From Mobula hypostoma (Eukaryota): DNA of 64,000 bases. The notes under the pieces are model-generated. The model was not told the origin of the DNA. It searched no databases and saw only the letters and a program-made list of their open reading frames with translations. The translations under genes were made by a program, and so were the position numbers. Below, piece by piece: positions 26,436 to 39,714 of the stretch. The stretch covers positions 34,164,001 through 34,228,000 of the forward strand of contig NC_086108.1 in assembly GCF_963921235.1 (NCBI RefSeq), given 5' to 3'. Within the stretch, counting starts at the first letter, position 1. Every line of letters starts with the position of its first letter.

Positions 26436-29098
26436 ATAGAAACATAGAAACATAGAAAATAGGTGCAGGAGTAGGCCATTCGGCCCTTCGAGCCTGCACC
26501 GCCATTTATTATGATCATGGCTGATCATCCAACTCAGAACCCAGCCTTCCCTCCATACCCCCTGACCCCTGTAGCCACAAGGGCCATATCTAACTTCCTT
26601 TTAAACATAGCTAATGAACTGGCCTCAACAGTTTGCTGTGGCAGAGAATTCCACAGATTCACCACTCTCTGTGTGAAGAAGTTTTTCCTAACCTCGGTCC
26701 TAAAAGGCTTCCCCTCTATCCTCAAACTGTGACCCCTCGTTCTAGACCTCCCCAACATCGGGAACAATCTTCCTGCATCTAGCCTGTCCAATCCCTTTAG
26801 GATCTTATACGTTTCAATCAGATCCCCCCTCAATCTTCTAAATTCCAACGAGTACAAGCCCAGTTCATCCAGTCTTTCTTCATATGAAAGACCTGCCATC
26901 CCAGGAATCAATCTGGTGAACCTTCTTTGTACTCCCTCTATGGCAAAGATGTCTTTCCTCAGATTAGGGGACCAAAACTGCACACAATACTCCAGGTGTG
27001 GTCTCACCAAGGCCTTGTACAACTGCAGTAGTACCTCCCTGCTCCTGTACTCGAATCCTCTCGCTATAAATGCCAGCATACCGTTCGCCTTTTTCACCGC
27101 CTGCTGTACCTGCATGCCCACTTTCAATGACTGGTGTATAATGACACCCAGGTCTCGTTGCACCTCCCCTTTTCCTAATCGGCCACCATTCAGATAATAA
27201 TCTGTTTTCCTATTTTTGCCACCAAAGTGGATAACTTCACATTTATCCACATTAAATTGCATCTGCCATGAGTTTGCCCACTCACCCAACCTATCCAAGT
27301 CACCCTGCATCCTCTTAGCATCCTCCTCACTGCTAACACTGCCACCCAGCTTCGTGTCATCCGCAAACTTGGAGATGCTGCATTTAATTCCCTCATCCAA
27401 GTCATTAATATATATTGTAAACAACTGGGGTCCCAGCACTGAGCCTTGCGGTACCCCACTAGTCACCGCCTGCCATTCTGAAAAGGTCCCGTTTATTCCC
27501 ACTCTTTGCTTCCTGTCTGCTAACCAATTCTCCACCCACACCAATACCTTACCCCCAATACCGTGTGCTTTAAGTTTGCACACTAATCTCCTATGTGGGA
27601 CCTTGTCAAAAGCCTTTTGAAAATCCAAATATACCACATCCACTGGTTCTCCCCTATCCACTCTACTAGTTACATCCTCAAAAAATTCTATGAGATTCGT
27701 CAGACATGATTTTCCTTTCACAAATCCATGCTGACTTTGTCCGATCATTTCACCGCTTTCCAAATGTGCTGTTATCACATCCTTGATAACTGACTCCAGC
27801 AGTTTCCCCACCACCGACGTTAGGCTAACCGGCCTATAATTCCCCGGTTTCTCTCTCCCTCCTTTTTTAAAAAGTGGGGTTACATTAGCCACCCTCCAAT
27901 CCTCAGGAACTAGTCCAGAATCTAACGAGTTTTGAAAAATTATCACTAATGCATCCACTATTTCTTGGGCCACTTCCTTAAGCACTCTGGGATGCAGACC
28001 ATCTGGCCCTGGGGATTTATCTGCCTTCAATCCCTTCAATTTACCTAACACCACTTCCCTACTAACATGTATTTCGCTCAGTTCCTCCATCTCACTGGAC
28101 CCTCTGTCCCTTACTATTTCTGGAAGATTATTTATGTCCTCCTTAGTGAAGACAGAACCAAAGTAATTATTCAATTGGTCTGCCATGTCCTTGCTCCCCA
28201 TAATCAATTCACCTGTTTCTGTTTGCAGGGGACCTACATTTGTCTTTATCAGTCTTTTCCTTTTTACATATCTATAAAAGCTTTTACAGTCCGTTTTTAT
28301 GTTCTCTGCCAGTTTTCTCTCATAATCTTTTTTCCCCTTCCTAATTAAGCCCTTTGTCCTCCTCTGCTGAACTCTGAATTTCTCCCAGTCCTCAGGTGAG
28401 CCACTTTCTCTGGCTAATTTGTATGCTACTTCTTTGGAATTGATACGATCCCTAATTTCTCTTGTCAGCCACGGGTGCACTACCTTCCTTGATTTATTCT
28501 TTTGCCAAACTGGGATGAACAATTGTTGTAGTTCATCCATGCAACCTTTAAATGCCTGCCATTGCATATCCACCGTCAATCCTTGAAGTGTCATTTGCCA
28601 GTCTATCTTAGCTAATTCATGTCTCATACCTTCAAAGTTACCCCTCTTTAAGTTCAGAACCTTTGTTTCTGAATTAACTACGTCACTCTCCATGTTAATG
28701 AAGAATTCCACCATATTATGGTCACTCTTACCCAAGGGGCCTCTCACGACAAGATCGCTAATTAACCCTTCCTCATTGCTCAAAACCCAGTCCAGAATAG
28801 CCTGCTCTCTAGTCGGTTCCTCGACATGTTGGTTCAAAAAACCATCCCGCATACATTCCAAGAAATCCTCTTCCTCAGCACCTTTACCAATTTGGTTCAC
28901 CCAGTCTACATGTAGATTGAAGTCACCCATTATAACTGCTGTTCCTTTATTGCACACATTTCTAATTTCCTGTTTAATACCATCTCCGACCTCACTACTA
29001 CTGTTAGGTGGCCTGTACACAACTCCCACCAGCGTCTTCTGCCCCTTAGTGTTACGCAGCTCTATCCATATCGATTCCACATCTTCCCGGCTTATGTC
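26436..29098 (-). mobile_element. Young 5'-truncated CR1 (HER1-like) LINE, copy 2
   Basis: Open frame of about 850 aa and a (CTATGTTT)n tail. ATAGA occurs at both junctions (26436-26440 and 29099-29103). Confidence 0.97.
26534..29098 (-). CDS. CR1 ORF2 (partial APE endonuclease plus RT), open frame
   Basis: APE motifs VYRPP, MGDFN, ILDWV and SDH, followed by the full set of RT motifs. The N-terminal part of APE is missing. Confidence 0.95.
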   Translation of the reverse strand, partial: DISREDVESIWIELRNTKGQKTLVGVVYRPPNSSSEVGDGIKQEIRNVCNKGTAVIMGDFNLHVDWVNQIGKGAEEEDFLECMRDGFLNQHVEEPTREQAILDWVLSNEEGLISDLVVRGPLGKSDHNMVEFFINMESDVVNSETKVLNLKRGNFEGMRHELAKIDWQMTLQGLTVDMQWQAFKGCMDELQQLFIPVWQKNKSRKVVHPWLTREIRDRINSKEVAYKLARESGSPEDWEKFRVQQRRTKGLIRKGKKDYERKLAENIKTDCKSFYRYVKRKRLIKTNVGPLQTETGELIMGSKDMADQLNNYFGSVFTKEDINNLPEIVRDRGSSEMEELSEIHVSREVVLGKLKGLKADKSPGPDGLHPRVLKEVAQEIVDALVIIFQNSLDSGLVPEDWRVANVTPLFKKGGREKPGNYRPVSLTSVVGKLLESVIKDVITAHLESGEMIGQSQHGFVKGKSCLTNLIEFFEDVTSRVDRGEPVDVVYLDFQKAFDKVPHRRLVCKLKAHGIGGKVLVWVENWLADRKQRVGINGTFSEWQAVTSGVPQGSVLGPQLFTIYINDLDEGIKCSISKFADDTKLGGSVSSEEDAKRMQGDLDRLGEWANSWQMQFNVDKCEVIHFGGKNRKTDYYLNGGRLGKGEVQRDLGVIIHQSLKVGMQVQQAVKKANGMLAFIARGFEYRSREVLLQLYKALVRPHLEYCVQFWSPNLRKDIFAIEGVQRRFTRLIPGMAGLSYEERLDELGLYSLEFRRLRGDLIETYKILKGLDRLDAGRLFPMLGRSRTRGHSLRIEGKPFRTEVRKNFFTQRVVNLWNSLPQQTVEASSLAMFKRKLDMALVATGVRGYGGKAGF

Positions 29099-29455
29099 AT
29101 AGATCATGATATGCCTATTGCATGTTCAGTTACTGTATATTAGGTCTGGATTATGTTCAGTCATGTTTCAGGTACTAAGCAGAAGTGATAGTTAATGGAC
29201 TGAAGTTAATTCAAGATGTGATCAAGCAAACTAAGATGTTATTTAATATGATCAAGGAGTTACTCTATTTTAAATGTAAAAGAAAGCTTACAACGAAGTA
29301 CAGGCAAATATTGCTGGAGTATTGCACCAAATGATCTGACCTTTTGTAGTTCGAACACAGAGCATAGAGAATAACTGCACAGGAAAAGGCCTTCAGCCTA
29401 CAATGTCTGTGCCAAGCCAAACCAATCCCTTCTGCCTGTACATGGTCTATATTTT

Positions 29456-30141
29456 TAGATTATGAGAACACTCAGTCCTCTTTTATTGTCATTTAGAAAT
29501 GCATACATGCATTAAGAAATGATACAATGTTTCTCCGGAGTGATAGCACAGAAAACAGGATAAACCAAAGACTAACACTGACAGAACCACATAATTATAA
29601 CATCTAGTTACAGCAGTGCAAAACAATATCATAATTTGATGAAGAACAAACCGTGGGCACAGTAAAAATAGTCTCAAAGTCCCCAAGTCAATCGACTCCT
29701 GAGTCCCCAATAGCAGGCGGCAAAAGGAGGAAACTCCCTGCCATAAACCTCCAGGCACCGTCAACTTGCCGATGCCTTGGAAGCAGCCGACAACAGCCGA
29801 CACTGAGTCTATCCATCCGAAAACTTCGAGCCTCCGACCCCCCGCTCTGATACAGCCTGCCGAGCACCATCCTCTGCCAAGCGCCTTCAATCTCGCCCCG
29901 GCCGCTGAAACACGCAAAGCCGAGGATTTCGGGGCCTTTAGCTCCGGAGATTCTGGTTACCACACAGTACCACACAGCGGCAGCGAAGCGGGCATTTCAG
30001 AAGTTTTCCAGATGTTCCTCCGTACTCTCACGTCCGTCTCCATCAAATCAGGATTGTGCACGTTCCCATACTTGACAGATAACAGATGTTCATCATCGGA
30101 GAGGCTACGTGCGCTGCCATCGCGTCGCCATCTTCTCCTCC
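29456..30141 (-). mobile_element. Non-autonomous LINE-derived element, copy B, apparently complete (~690 bp)
   Basis: Homology to copies A and C. Inserted in a CR1 3' fragment, with TCTAT-like duplicated flanks. Confidence 0.85.
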
Positions 30142-31724
30142 TCTATTATTCCATTCACTGCCTGTTCACATGCCTGTCTGAATCCCTCGTAAGTGTTGTT
30201 ATTCTATCTGCTTCCAAAACCTCCTCCCACACACCGCAAAAACTATTTCAGGCACCCTACCACTCTCTGTGTATAAACTTGCCTCGTTATCTCCTTTAAA
30301 CTTTGCCACTCTCTTTATATGGTTATGCCCTCTTGTCTTTGATAGTTCCGCATTGAAGATAAAGACTCTGACTCTCCACCCTATCTGGGCTTTTCAGGAC
30401 TTTCAGATACTTTAATAATCAGTAGACTGCAAATTATTTCTATCAGATGTTGCTGAAAATGCTACTCACTAAGAGGATACCTGAGATTTTGGTGAACTAC
30501 GAGACCAGGAATGTCGCTTCTTCAACCAATGAGATTTATGAATCAAGAGGAGTAAAAAGTTAAACTACAGATGTAGTACAGAAAGAAGATGGAAAGAAAT
30601 GCATAACAATTTATTGCTTCCAGAAGTGAGATTTCTCAATTCATTTTCAGGATCACAGAGACACAGTGGAAATTTTGGAACTAAAAAAGATCTTTTATTA
30701 GCACAAGAGATTCTGCAGATGCTGGAAATAAAGAGTAACACATACATAATGCTGAAGTAACTCAGCAAGTCAGGCAGCATCTATGAAAATAAAAATGTCA
30801 ATGTTTCAGGTCAAGAACTTTCATCAGGACTGTTATTAAAAGTATCCTATTTTTAACTTTCTGTGAGGGTGGATCAGTGTAAACTTCCAACAGTTTGAGG
30901 TTATTCATACCTCAGCTTGTGTCCTTCCTTTGTAATTAGTTACTGAGGGGTTTAACACTGATTAATAAAGGCAAGCTAGTTAAAGCCATTTCTACTTTCC
31001 CAGCAAACGCTAGAGATTTCAACTTAGAGAGAGTCTGAGTTATTAATACTGTAAGGATAATAACATAGGATATACAAACATTGACACATAAAGATCAGGC
31101 TATAATCTGGCACAACCAATCAGTGATAAGAACACATGAATGAGGTGAGGCAATTCAACTCCTCGATTCTAGGTTAAGAATAACCTATCTTGCCTATTAT
31201 GGATGTAGCCACCTATTCAATTCATTGCTTTGTAACTCCACAACAAGAAATTTCAAATACATTAAACCTTTGGGACAAGAAATTCTTCCTCATCCCAGCT
31301 TTAAAGGAACACCCCCTTACAGTGAGGCTATCCCCTTGAGTCCGAGGGGAATCAACTTCCCAACATTTACCCTGACATCTTCCTGTGAATCTTATGTTTC
31401 GAACTTTAGTGGCAGCATTGCTGTTGGTGTGTAGGAGTGCAATAGAGCAGGACTGAAAGTATTGACTATGAATGGAAGAATGAAAAGGCACTGTGTGGTT
31501 TATTCTTGTAAATAATTTTTTATTATAAATAGAATTTATTTTGATTCGAAAATAAAAATGTAACCCATCAACCATTCATCTTCTGAACAACTTTCTGTGG
31601 GAGTACCATTGTAAGGACTAAAAGGTATGGAACCTGGTGACCTGCCTTATTGTTCAGACGGGAACATCATAAAGATCTTTCACAAAAGAAGAACCAAGAG
31701 TTATCACGAATAAGTAACAAGTAA

Positions 31725-32005
31725 ATGGGTGCCACTGCAGTGTAGCAGTTAGCGTGACACTATTACAGATTGGGGCATTCCAGAGTTTAGTAAGGATTCT
31801 CTGCATGTCATCCCCATGGAATGCATGAGATTTCCCTGGGTGCTCCAGTTTCTTCCGACAGTCCGAAGACATACCGGGTAAGTAAATTGGTCATTGTAAG
31901 TTGTCCTGTGATTAGGTTAGAGTTAATCAGGTTTGTGGGGTTGATGAGGCAGCATGGTTCAAAGGGCCAGAGGGCTTACTCTGCACTGTATCACTAAATC
32001 AAGAT
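31725..32005 (+). mobile_element. V-SINE/HE1-like SINE
   Basis: tRNA-like A-box head and the conserved GGGTGCTCCAGTTTCTTCCGACAGTCCGAAGACAT core. Confidence 0.65.
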
Positions 32006-32117
32006 ACTAGGCCATGGAGTTTTCTTCTTGCTGCAGTGGCACTGCTGGTGAGGCTCCTACTTTATGACTGCAGCAACCCAGATTCAATTCAGACTTACCT
32101 ATGTGGAGTTTTTTTTT

Positions 32118-32560
32118 TAGATTAGATTAGATTATGAGAACATTCAGTCCTCTTTTATTGTCATTTAGAAATGCATACATGCATTAGGAAATGATATAAT
32201 GTTTCTCCGGAGTGATATCACAGAAATCAAGACAGACCAAAGACTAACACTGACCAAACCACATAATTATAACATATAGTTACAGCAGTGCAAAGCAATA
32301 CCATAATTTGATGAAGAACAAACCATGGGCATGGTAAAAATAGTCTCAAAGTCCCAAGTCGATCGACTCCCGAGTCCCTGATAGCAGGCATCAAAAGGGA
32401 GAAACTCCCTGCCATAAACCTCCAGTCACCGTCAACTTGCCGATAGCTTGGAAGCAGTCGACCCCAGCCGACCCTGAGTCCATATGTCTGAAAACTCCGA
32501 GTATCCGACCAGCCTCTCGGATACAGCCTCCCGAGCGCCATCCTCCACCGAGCGTCGGGG
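32118..32560 (-). mobile_element. Non-autonomous LINE-derived element, copy C (5'-truncated), inserted in a V-SINE
   Basis: Homology to copy B and an (AATCT)n tail. The SINE core resumes at about 32565. Confidence 0.85.
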
Positions 32561-33397
32561 TCTCCTGACAACCACGTGGCTGTCTTTGGATGTTCTGCAT
32601 TCTCCTCATATCCTAAAGGAATGTAAATGTTCTCAGTGCATAGGTTAGTGATAGGTTCTGCAGAAAATTGATGGAAATGAGAGGAGAACAGATGGAAATA
32701 GATCAGAGCAGATGTTTGGCACAGGCTCAGTTGAATGAAGGACCTGTTTCCATGCTATATGAATCCCTACTTGCCATTGTAAATCCTATTGCTGCAGTAA
32801 AGCTATAGTCAATGATTACAGTGACTGGCAGTCGCAAGAATATATTATGATTTAGTCCAGGCAGTTAATAAACAGTTGAGCTACTGTAGAATGTAGACTT
32901 CATTTCAATTTCCCAGGAGATACTGATGTTTACATTTTTATGCACATTGGAATAAGCCCTTGTGTCAATGAAGTTCAGGAGAATGTTTTAAGAGCTTTCT
33001 CTAAATAGAGGCTGATCAATACAAGTACAGAATTATGGCTTATTTTTAATGGCATTATTAACTTTCACAAAACTTAAATGGGGCTGTTTTTGAATTGTTT
33101 TGTTTGTTTTCATGATTAGAAATCCTAAGTTTCCACAGTCCGGCAGTTTTAACTCATAACCTTTGAAACAACGAGAACTCCTGTTTTCTATTTTACAAAA
33201 GGAATGACCAGTCTTTATTATTCAAAATATTCATTCCGTTAAATTTTAGTAGAAGGATCAGACTTCAGATGCCATTGATTTAGAATGTGTTAGGCCAATG
33301 AATTAGATATTAAAAACAGAAAATTGTAGACACACTGGGCCCGATGTGGAAGGAGACACAGATAAGATTTCAAGCATAAATATCAACTGTTCCCTAT

Positions 33398-34085
33398 AAT
33401 TAGGGATCTGGGAATAGAGATCCATAATTCCTTTGAAGTGGCATCATAGGTAGATAAAGTGTCAAGAGAGCTTTTGACACGTTGGCCTTCAAAATCAGTG
33501 CATTCATTTCTGGAGTTGGGATGCTATGTAGAAGCTATACAAGACATCAGTGAGGCCAAATTTGGTGTATTGTACCCATTTCTGGTCACCTACATACAGG
33601 CAAGTTATTAATAGGAGCTTAAAAGAGTGCAGAGAAGATTTACAAGAATTTTGCTGGAATTTGAGGACCTCAGTTATATGGAAAGGTTGAATAAGTTAGG
33701 ACTTGATTCCCTGAAGCATTGGAGAACGAGGGGAGATCTTACAGGAGGGGTATAGATAGAACAAATGGACACAAGTTTTTTTCCCCGTGGTTGTGTGAGA
33801 TTAGAATTAGAGGTAATACATTCAGGGTGAAAGATTAATATTTAATGGGAACATGAAGGGAAACCACTCAGAGGGTGGGTTAAGAGTGGAACGAGCTGCC
33901 AGTGCAAGTGGTAGACATGGGTTCAATTGCAACATTTAAGAGAAGTTTGGATGGGAGGGGTATGGAGGACTATGGTCCAGGTCCAGGTGGACGGGACTAG
34001 GCAGAGTAACAGTTCAGCAGGGAGGAAATGTGCTAAAAAAAAAACCCTGTTTCTGTGCTGTAGTGCTCTATGACTGTATGACTTG
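33398..34085 (+). mobile_element. Old CR1 3' fragment
   Basis: Degenerate LVRPNLVYC and RVQRRFTRI motifs with a CTATGACT tail. Confidence 0.75.
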
Positions 34086-36622
34086 AAGATTTCTCATCAG
34101 AACTGACATTCTGCTAACAATAAACTTCCAATAACCTGACCTCATGGAACATTGGTAATGCCAGGCAGTCCATTTTCAAAACTGTTGAAAGTTACTCCCA
34201 AACATATTTCTAGTTTTACTCATTACACAGTGATATAATAAATTTTCCAGAGCACCATGACATTAAAGTGAGTCAGAAATATACATGACTCCAGGGCCTA
34301 CTTCTGTTCACAAGTCAGTCCGCTCACCGAACCCTGATGTTCTGCACCCAGACCGCAACCCCAACTCCAGAAGCACATTTAGCCCAGACCCCGGATAACA
34401 ACCACAGACACCCTCTGACCCCACCCTCAGTTCTAGCTACACAACTTACTTCAATTTTGAATCCCTGGCCCATATTCGTGAGCCAGATGCTGGACTGCCA
34501 GGACTTCTGTACAATTAGATGCTGCCTTATCGGAGTGTAAATGTGGCTGTAATGAAGGATCTTTAGTCACTCTTCAGAACTAATCGACTTGCCCTGATAT
34601 GTTAGATCACAGAACTGTATAGCACAGTACAGGACTTTCCCACCATGACATTTTGCAAACCTTTTAGTCTGTTCCATGGTTAATCTAACCCTTCCCTCTT
34701 GGACAGACCACAACCCTCCAATTTTCTTACAACCATCTTCTAATCTGAGAGTTTCTTGAACGTCCCTATTGTATCAGCCTCTGCCAACACCCCCACCATG
34801 CAGTCCAGGCACATAGCATTCTCTGTGTTAAAAAAATAACTTCTGATATCTCCCTGAACTTTCATCCAATCAGCTTAAAAGGATGTCCTCTGGTATTAGT
34901 CAATGTTGCCGTGGGAAAAATACATTGGATGTCCACCCTGTCTATGCCTCTTATAATCTTATACACCTCTGTAAAGTTGCTTCTCACACTCCAAATCAGG
35001 CTTAATATCACTGGTACAAGGTGCGAAATTTTGTTTTTTGCAGCAGTGGCGCATTGCAATACATAATCATAATAATAACTATAAATTACAATATGTAAAG
35101 TACATATTAAAATAAATTAATTAAGCAAGCAAATGAAGAGAATAAAAGCAAAAAAAAAGGTGAGGTAGTGTTCGTGGGTTCACTGTCCACTCATAAATCT
35201 GATGGCAGAGGGTGAGAAGCTGTTCCTGAAAAGTTGAGTGTGTGTCAACTTTTTTGACGGTAGCAATGAGAAGAGGGCATGCCCTGGGTGAAGGGGGTCC
35301 TTAATGATGGATGCCACCTTGTTGAAGCATTGCCTTTTGACAGTGTCCTTGATGCCAGGGGAGGCTGGTGCCCACGATGGAGCTGGCTGAGCTTAAAGCA
35401 TTCGGCAGGTTTTTGCAGGTGATATGTTGGTGGAAGTTGTTCGGAGACTTCTTCAAGCTGGCCTGGTTGAAATCCCCTGCAATGATAGTGAAGAGATCTG
35501 GCACTGCTGATCATGGTGCTCACAACACGCTGGAGGAACTCAGCAGGTCGGGCAGCATCCATGGAAATGATCAGTCAACATTATGGGCTGGAACCCTTTG
35601 TCAGGACCCAGCATCTGCAGAGTATTTTGTGATCATGGTGCTCAGTTCCTCTGTGCCTGCCTGATGTTGGCCAGGGGTGGAATGTACACCACGACCAGGA
35701 TGGTGGCAGAAAACTCCCCCGACAGATAAAATGGATGATATTTGACCACTAGGTTTTCCAGGTCGGGTTAGCAAGACTGAGGCAGGAAAGTCACAACTGT
35801 GCACCACATTGTTTGCTCGAAAGAAAATTGCCCTAGCTCACTCAACATTTTCACATTAGCCATGTTTTCTAATCCAGGCAGCATCCTGGCAAATCTCCTC
35901 TGCACCTGCTCTAAAACTTCCATGTCCTTTTTATAATGAGGCAACCAGAACTGAACACTATACTCCAGGCGTGGTCTAGCCAGTTTCATTGATACGCAAA
36001 ATTACCTTGTGGCCTCTTGAACGCATTCCCTCGACCAATGAAGGCCAGCACTCCAGATGCCTTCTAAACCACCCTATCAACATGCATGGCAGCTTTGAGG
36101 AACCTATGGACTCGGACACGAAGATTCCTCTGTTCTTCTACACTGCTAAGAATTCTCCATATTGACATTAACCCTAAGATTTTTGGTTATGAATATCATT
36201 GCTGGCAGTCCTGGGCACAAATTATAGAGAAGCACCTCACAGATCCTATCACCAATAACTCAATGCTACTGCTGGCTGCAGGACCTGCTCCATACTCAAA
36301 GCAATCAGTGCACTTCTATCGTTCACCCCAACTTTACTAAAACTGACCCACTCCCTCAAAGGTTTACTGCTTCTTAAAAGCAGCACAGCATGAAAACAAC
36401 TTCTTAAAGCAAGGGCGTCACAAGTTCAAAGCTTTTTAGTGACTTCCAATTTAGTGTTACAGGTGGTTCCTTCCCAGTGCACCAAAAAGAGGGGAACCCC
36501 AAATTCTAGGCAAGTGCTTTTGCAGTTACAGTGAGCTAAATTGTTTCTTTCTCTGATGCAAATAAAAATCAACCAAAGGATAGTTATTTTGGCATTTTTT
36601 TTTTCCTTCTTAAGTGGTCCCT

Positions 36623-36712
36623 TAGGATTGAGAATGGCTTGTTGTTTCTGAGCTGGCTGAAGCTAATGCGCGAGCTGCAAACTCTGCTACGGATGAGTCC
36701 AAGGAAGAGTCC
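36623..36712 (-). CDS. Candidate terminal coding exon of an unidentified gene
   Basis: Reads DSSLDSSVAEFAARALASASSETTSHSQS* after a possible ...cagaatag acceptor. CpG-retaining unique island followed by AT-rich UTR-like DNA. The acceptor is weak. Confidence 0.45.
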
Positions 36713-39700
36713 TATTCTGACATGGTTCATGACCCAGAGGAAACAAACTGACATTGTATTTATATCCTGCCAAAAGCAGTCCAACTCACTTTTCCAAAAT
36801 CTAATGATATCTCACAAAAATTTCCAAACACGTGAAGAGGAAGAAACATTTTGTGCTTACTCAAGGCAACAGATATATTATTTTATTGGAAACACAAGAG
36901 ACTGCAGATCCTACAGTCTGGAGCAAAATAATACAATCTGCTGAAAGGACTCAGCAGGTCAGGTAACAATTGTGGAGGGAAAGCGACAGTCGATGTTTTG
37001 GGCTGAGACCCTTCATCTGGACTTACAAAGTATTTTCTTTTTTTGTGAAGAAAGACTTCCCTTATGCCAGACAGAATAGATTTATTAATTTACGTACTTG
37101 GATTATTATCACAGAAGCACATTTTGAAGCAAAGTCAACTGGCACAACCTCACTACTTGATATAAACCAGGTTTTAATCTGGTTTGACTTGAAAAGAGCA
37201 GTTAATTTGTCCCTAGGTCTGAGGGATTCCAACCCAGATGGTAAAAATCAGTGGCCTCCAGTACTATGAAGAAAGACATGATTCCCCACATTATGTTGAA
37301 AGGCATTTGTATTATAACAGAAGTAATACATCACTCTTTCTCCTTCAAAAAGGAATGATTACTTGATGAGTGCTTTCTTAAAGCAAACAATATGCCTACA
37401 CAAGGCGACTGCAGCTGCACTATGGATAGGAATCAGAAGGCTTTTAAAGATTAGCTTTATTTGTCACCTGTACATCAAAACATGCAGTGAAATGCATCGT
37501 TTGCGTCCAATCAAATCAGTAAGGATTGTACGGGGCAGGCCTCAAGTGTTGCCATACTTCTGGCAGTGACACAGCATACCCACAACTCACTCACCCTAGC
37601 TGTATGCCTTTGGAATGAGGGGGGAAACCGGAGCAAACACATACAGTCACAGGGAGAACACACAAACTCCTTACAGACACCAGTAGGAATTGAGCCTGAA
37701 CTGGCGTCTGCTGACACAGCCGTGCCTCCCATGTAGTACCGTGGGAAGCAGATGATCGTTGTCATCTGATTCCTGTTTCATGTCAGGCAGAGTTAACTAA
37801 CAGTATGTTTTGCTTCCTGGGGGAGTACAAGTTTAATATTCACTGAATCTGGGCAAGCAATAATCCCCATCTCTAAAGATCACAAACATCTGTACTCACT
37901 TTAAAACAGAAAGATAGGGAAGGATTTCAACTAGAAACTTCCCTAGGGTCACAACCGGGAAATGTTGCGTGCAGTGCCTTTTGTGGGGATATCAAGCTGT
38001 TTTCAGCTTCTCCTCGTGTATGCTTGTATGCACACTATTTCCTCTGCACATTCTGTAGTTCCCCCAGCCCCAAGAATTTGGCACTTGAGTGGATCAATGT
38101 TGTGGGTGATTTAACTGTGTCTTTACCCCAGAATGTGGGATATGTTTGGATCTACCATTTACTGTACCCTAGCCTGAACAGACCACAAAGTATGCCTTCT
38201 CAATATATGTCTAGATTTCAATCTCAAAAAAACCAGCTCCCACTCCCTCCCATCTACAAACATCAGAAGTAGAAACAAGAGTGGTTCACTTCGCACCTCA
38301 AGCTTGCTTCACCTATCTGACTGGAACTGAACTGTACATCCTTCCGCAATCCCTGGTAATTATTTTTGCATTTGCTTAGAGAGTAAATCCACCTGGTTAC
38401 AACCCCTGAACACATCCAAGAAACCAGCTGCAACACCTCAAGGCCTTGATGCCCTCAACTGATCTTCCTCACAACCGCTCCCGATTCTTTCTATTGTGCT
38501 CCCCTCTCTTCACCATAGGTCCTGTTGTTCGGCAGGTGTGGGGGTGAAGTGTTAGGTGGATGGTAGTGGCAGTGGTTGAGGGAGAACATGTGGAGGTGAA
38601 GAGCTGAGTGAATGGATTGGGAAGGGTGTAGAGATGAGGGTGCCTGCAGTGTGGGTGCCAAGTACTGGCGATGATGGTTAGAGGAATGCATTTAAGATTT
38701 TAATTCATTTATCCTGATGTTTGTATCGCCAGCAAAGTCCAACACCCATTCCCCAGAGTGAATGAGAGGCTAGTATGAGCAGTAGATAATGTACATTTTG
38801 CCGTTTGCTCCTCTTCCCTCCTCTGAATGCCCCACAAACCCTGTGGGATGGAGATTGTCTCAATAAGGAGCTATATCAGTGGGGGGGGGGGGGTGCAAGA
38901 AAGATCAGAGTCTCCAGAGTCTGATTTTGCCTCCAGAGTCCATCCAACCCAAAGGCATCCCTATTCATTACACAACACATAGTTCCTCATCTCAAGACCA
39001 CGGACAACTCCATCCACTTTGTACTGATATTCTGTAGTCTTCAACAACAGTGGAATGAGTGGTGGGATAGAGAGTGGAGGATGCACAATGATGTTTGGGG
39101 TAAACTTCAAAGCCTAGTACCATAGCAAACAAAACAAAAGAAATGTCCCAAGGCAAAGAGAGAATTCTTTTCCCCATTGACTCTGAATCTAAGTAAATTT
39201 CCATAAACAAAATCTACTAATTTTCAAAGAACACTGCAAACAACACCTCCTCAAGGAGAGAGCTCAAGAGATTAGAGAAAGATCCTTGCTCTGTGGCAAA
39301 TAATAGTCTGATCATTTCAGACACAGCTCTACTTTGGTACTGAGCTGATTTGTCCTACCAGATTACAGGCTCAAGGATCAAGGACAACTTCTATCCCACT
39401 GTTATCAGACTCTTGAGCAGCCCTCTTGTCCTAAAAGATGGACTCCTGGTCTCACAATCTACCTCAAGCTTTTACACTTTATTCTGCATGGTTATTGTTC
39501 TACCTTTTTCTAGCTCAATGCAATGTGTAATCAGTTGACCTCTACAGCATGCAAGACAAGCTTTCCACTGTGTCCTAGTGTATGTAATGACAATAAACTA
39601 ATACCAATACCAAAGTGGGGATCCTGTACCTACTAAATCTCTGACTGTTTACACGGAGGCAAGATCAGTGATTAATTTACTCACCCAGAAGACCGCTAAT

Positions 39701-39714
39701 GGCGGATGGTGCAG

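Noticed and set aside
18172..29102. Duplicated short + strand ORFs (73, 93 and 134 aa)
   Set aside because: They are antisense shadows of CR1 ORF2.
18195..29107. RT ORFs as retron, DGR, group II intron or domesticated host genes
   Set aside because: APE-RT architecture, 5' truncation and octamer tails identify ordinary CR1 LINEs.
29489..30299. 142-aa and 177-aa ORFs
   Set aside because: They lie in the non-autonomous repeat, and the frames are not conserved among its three copies.
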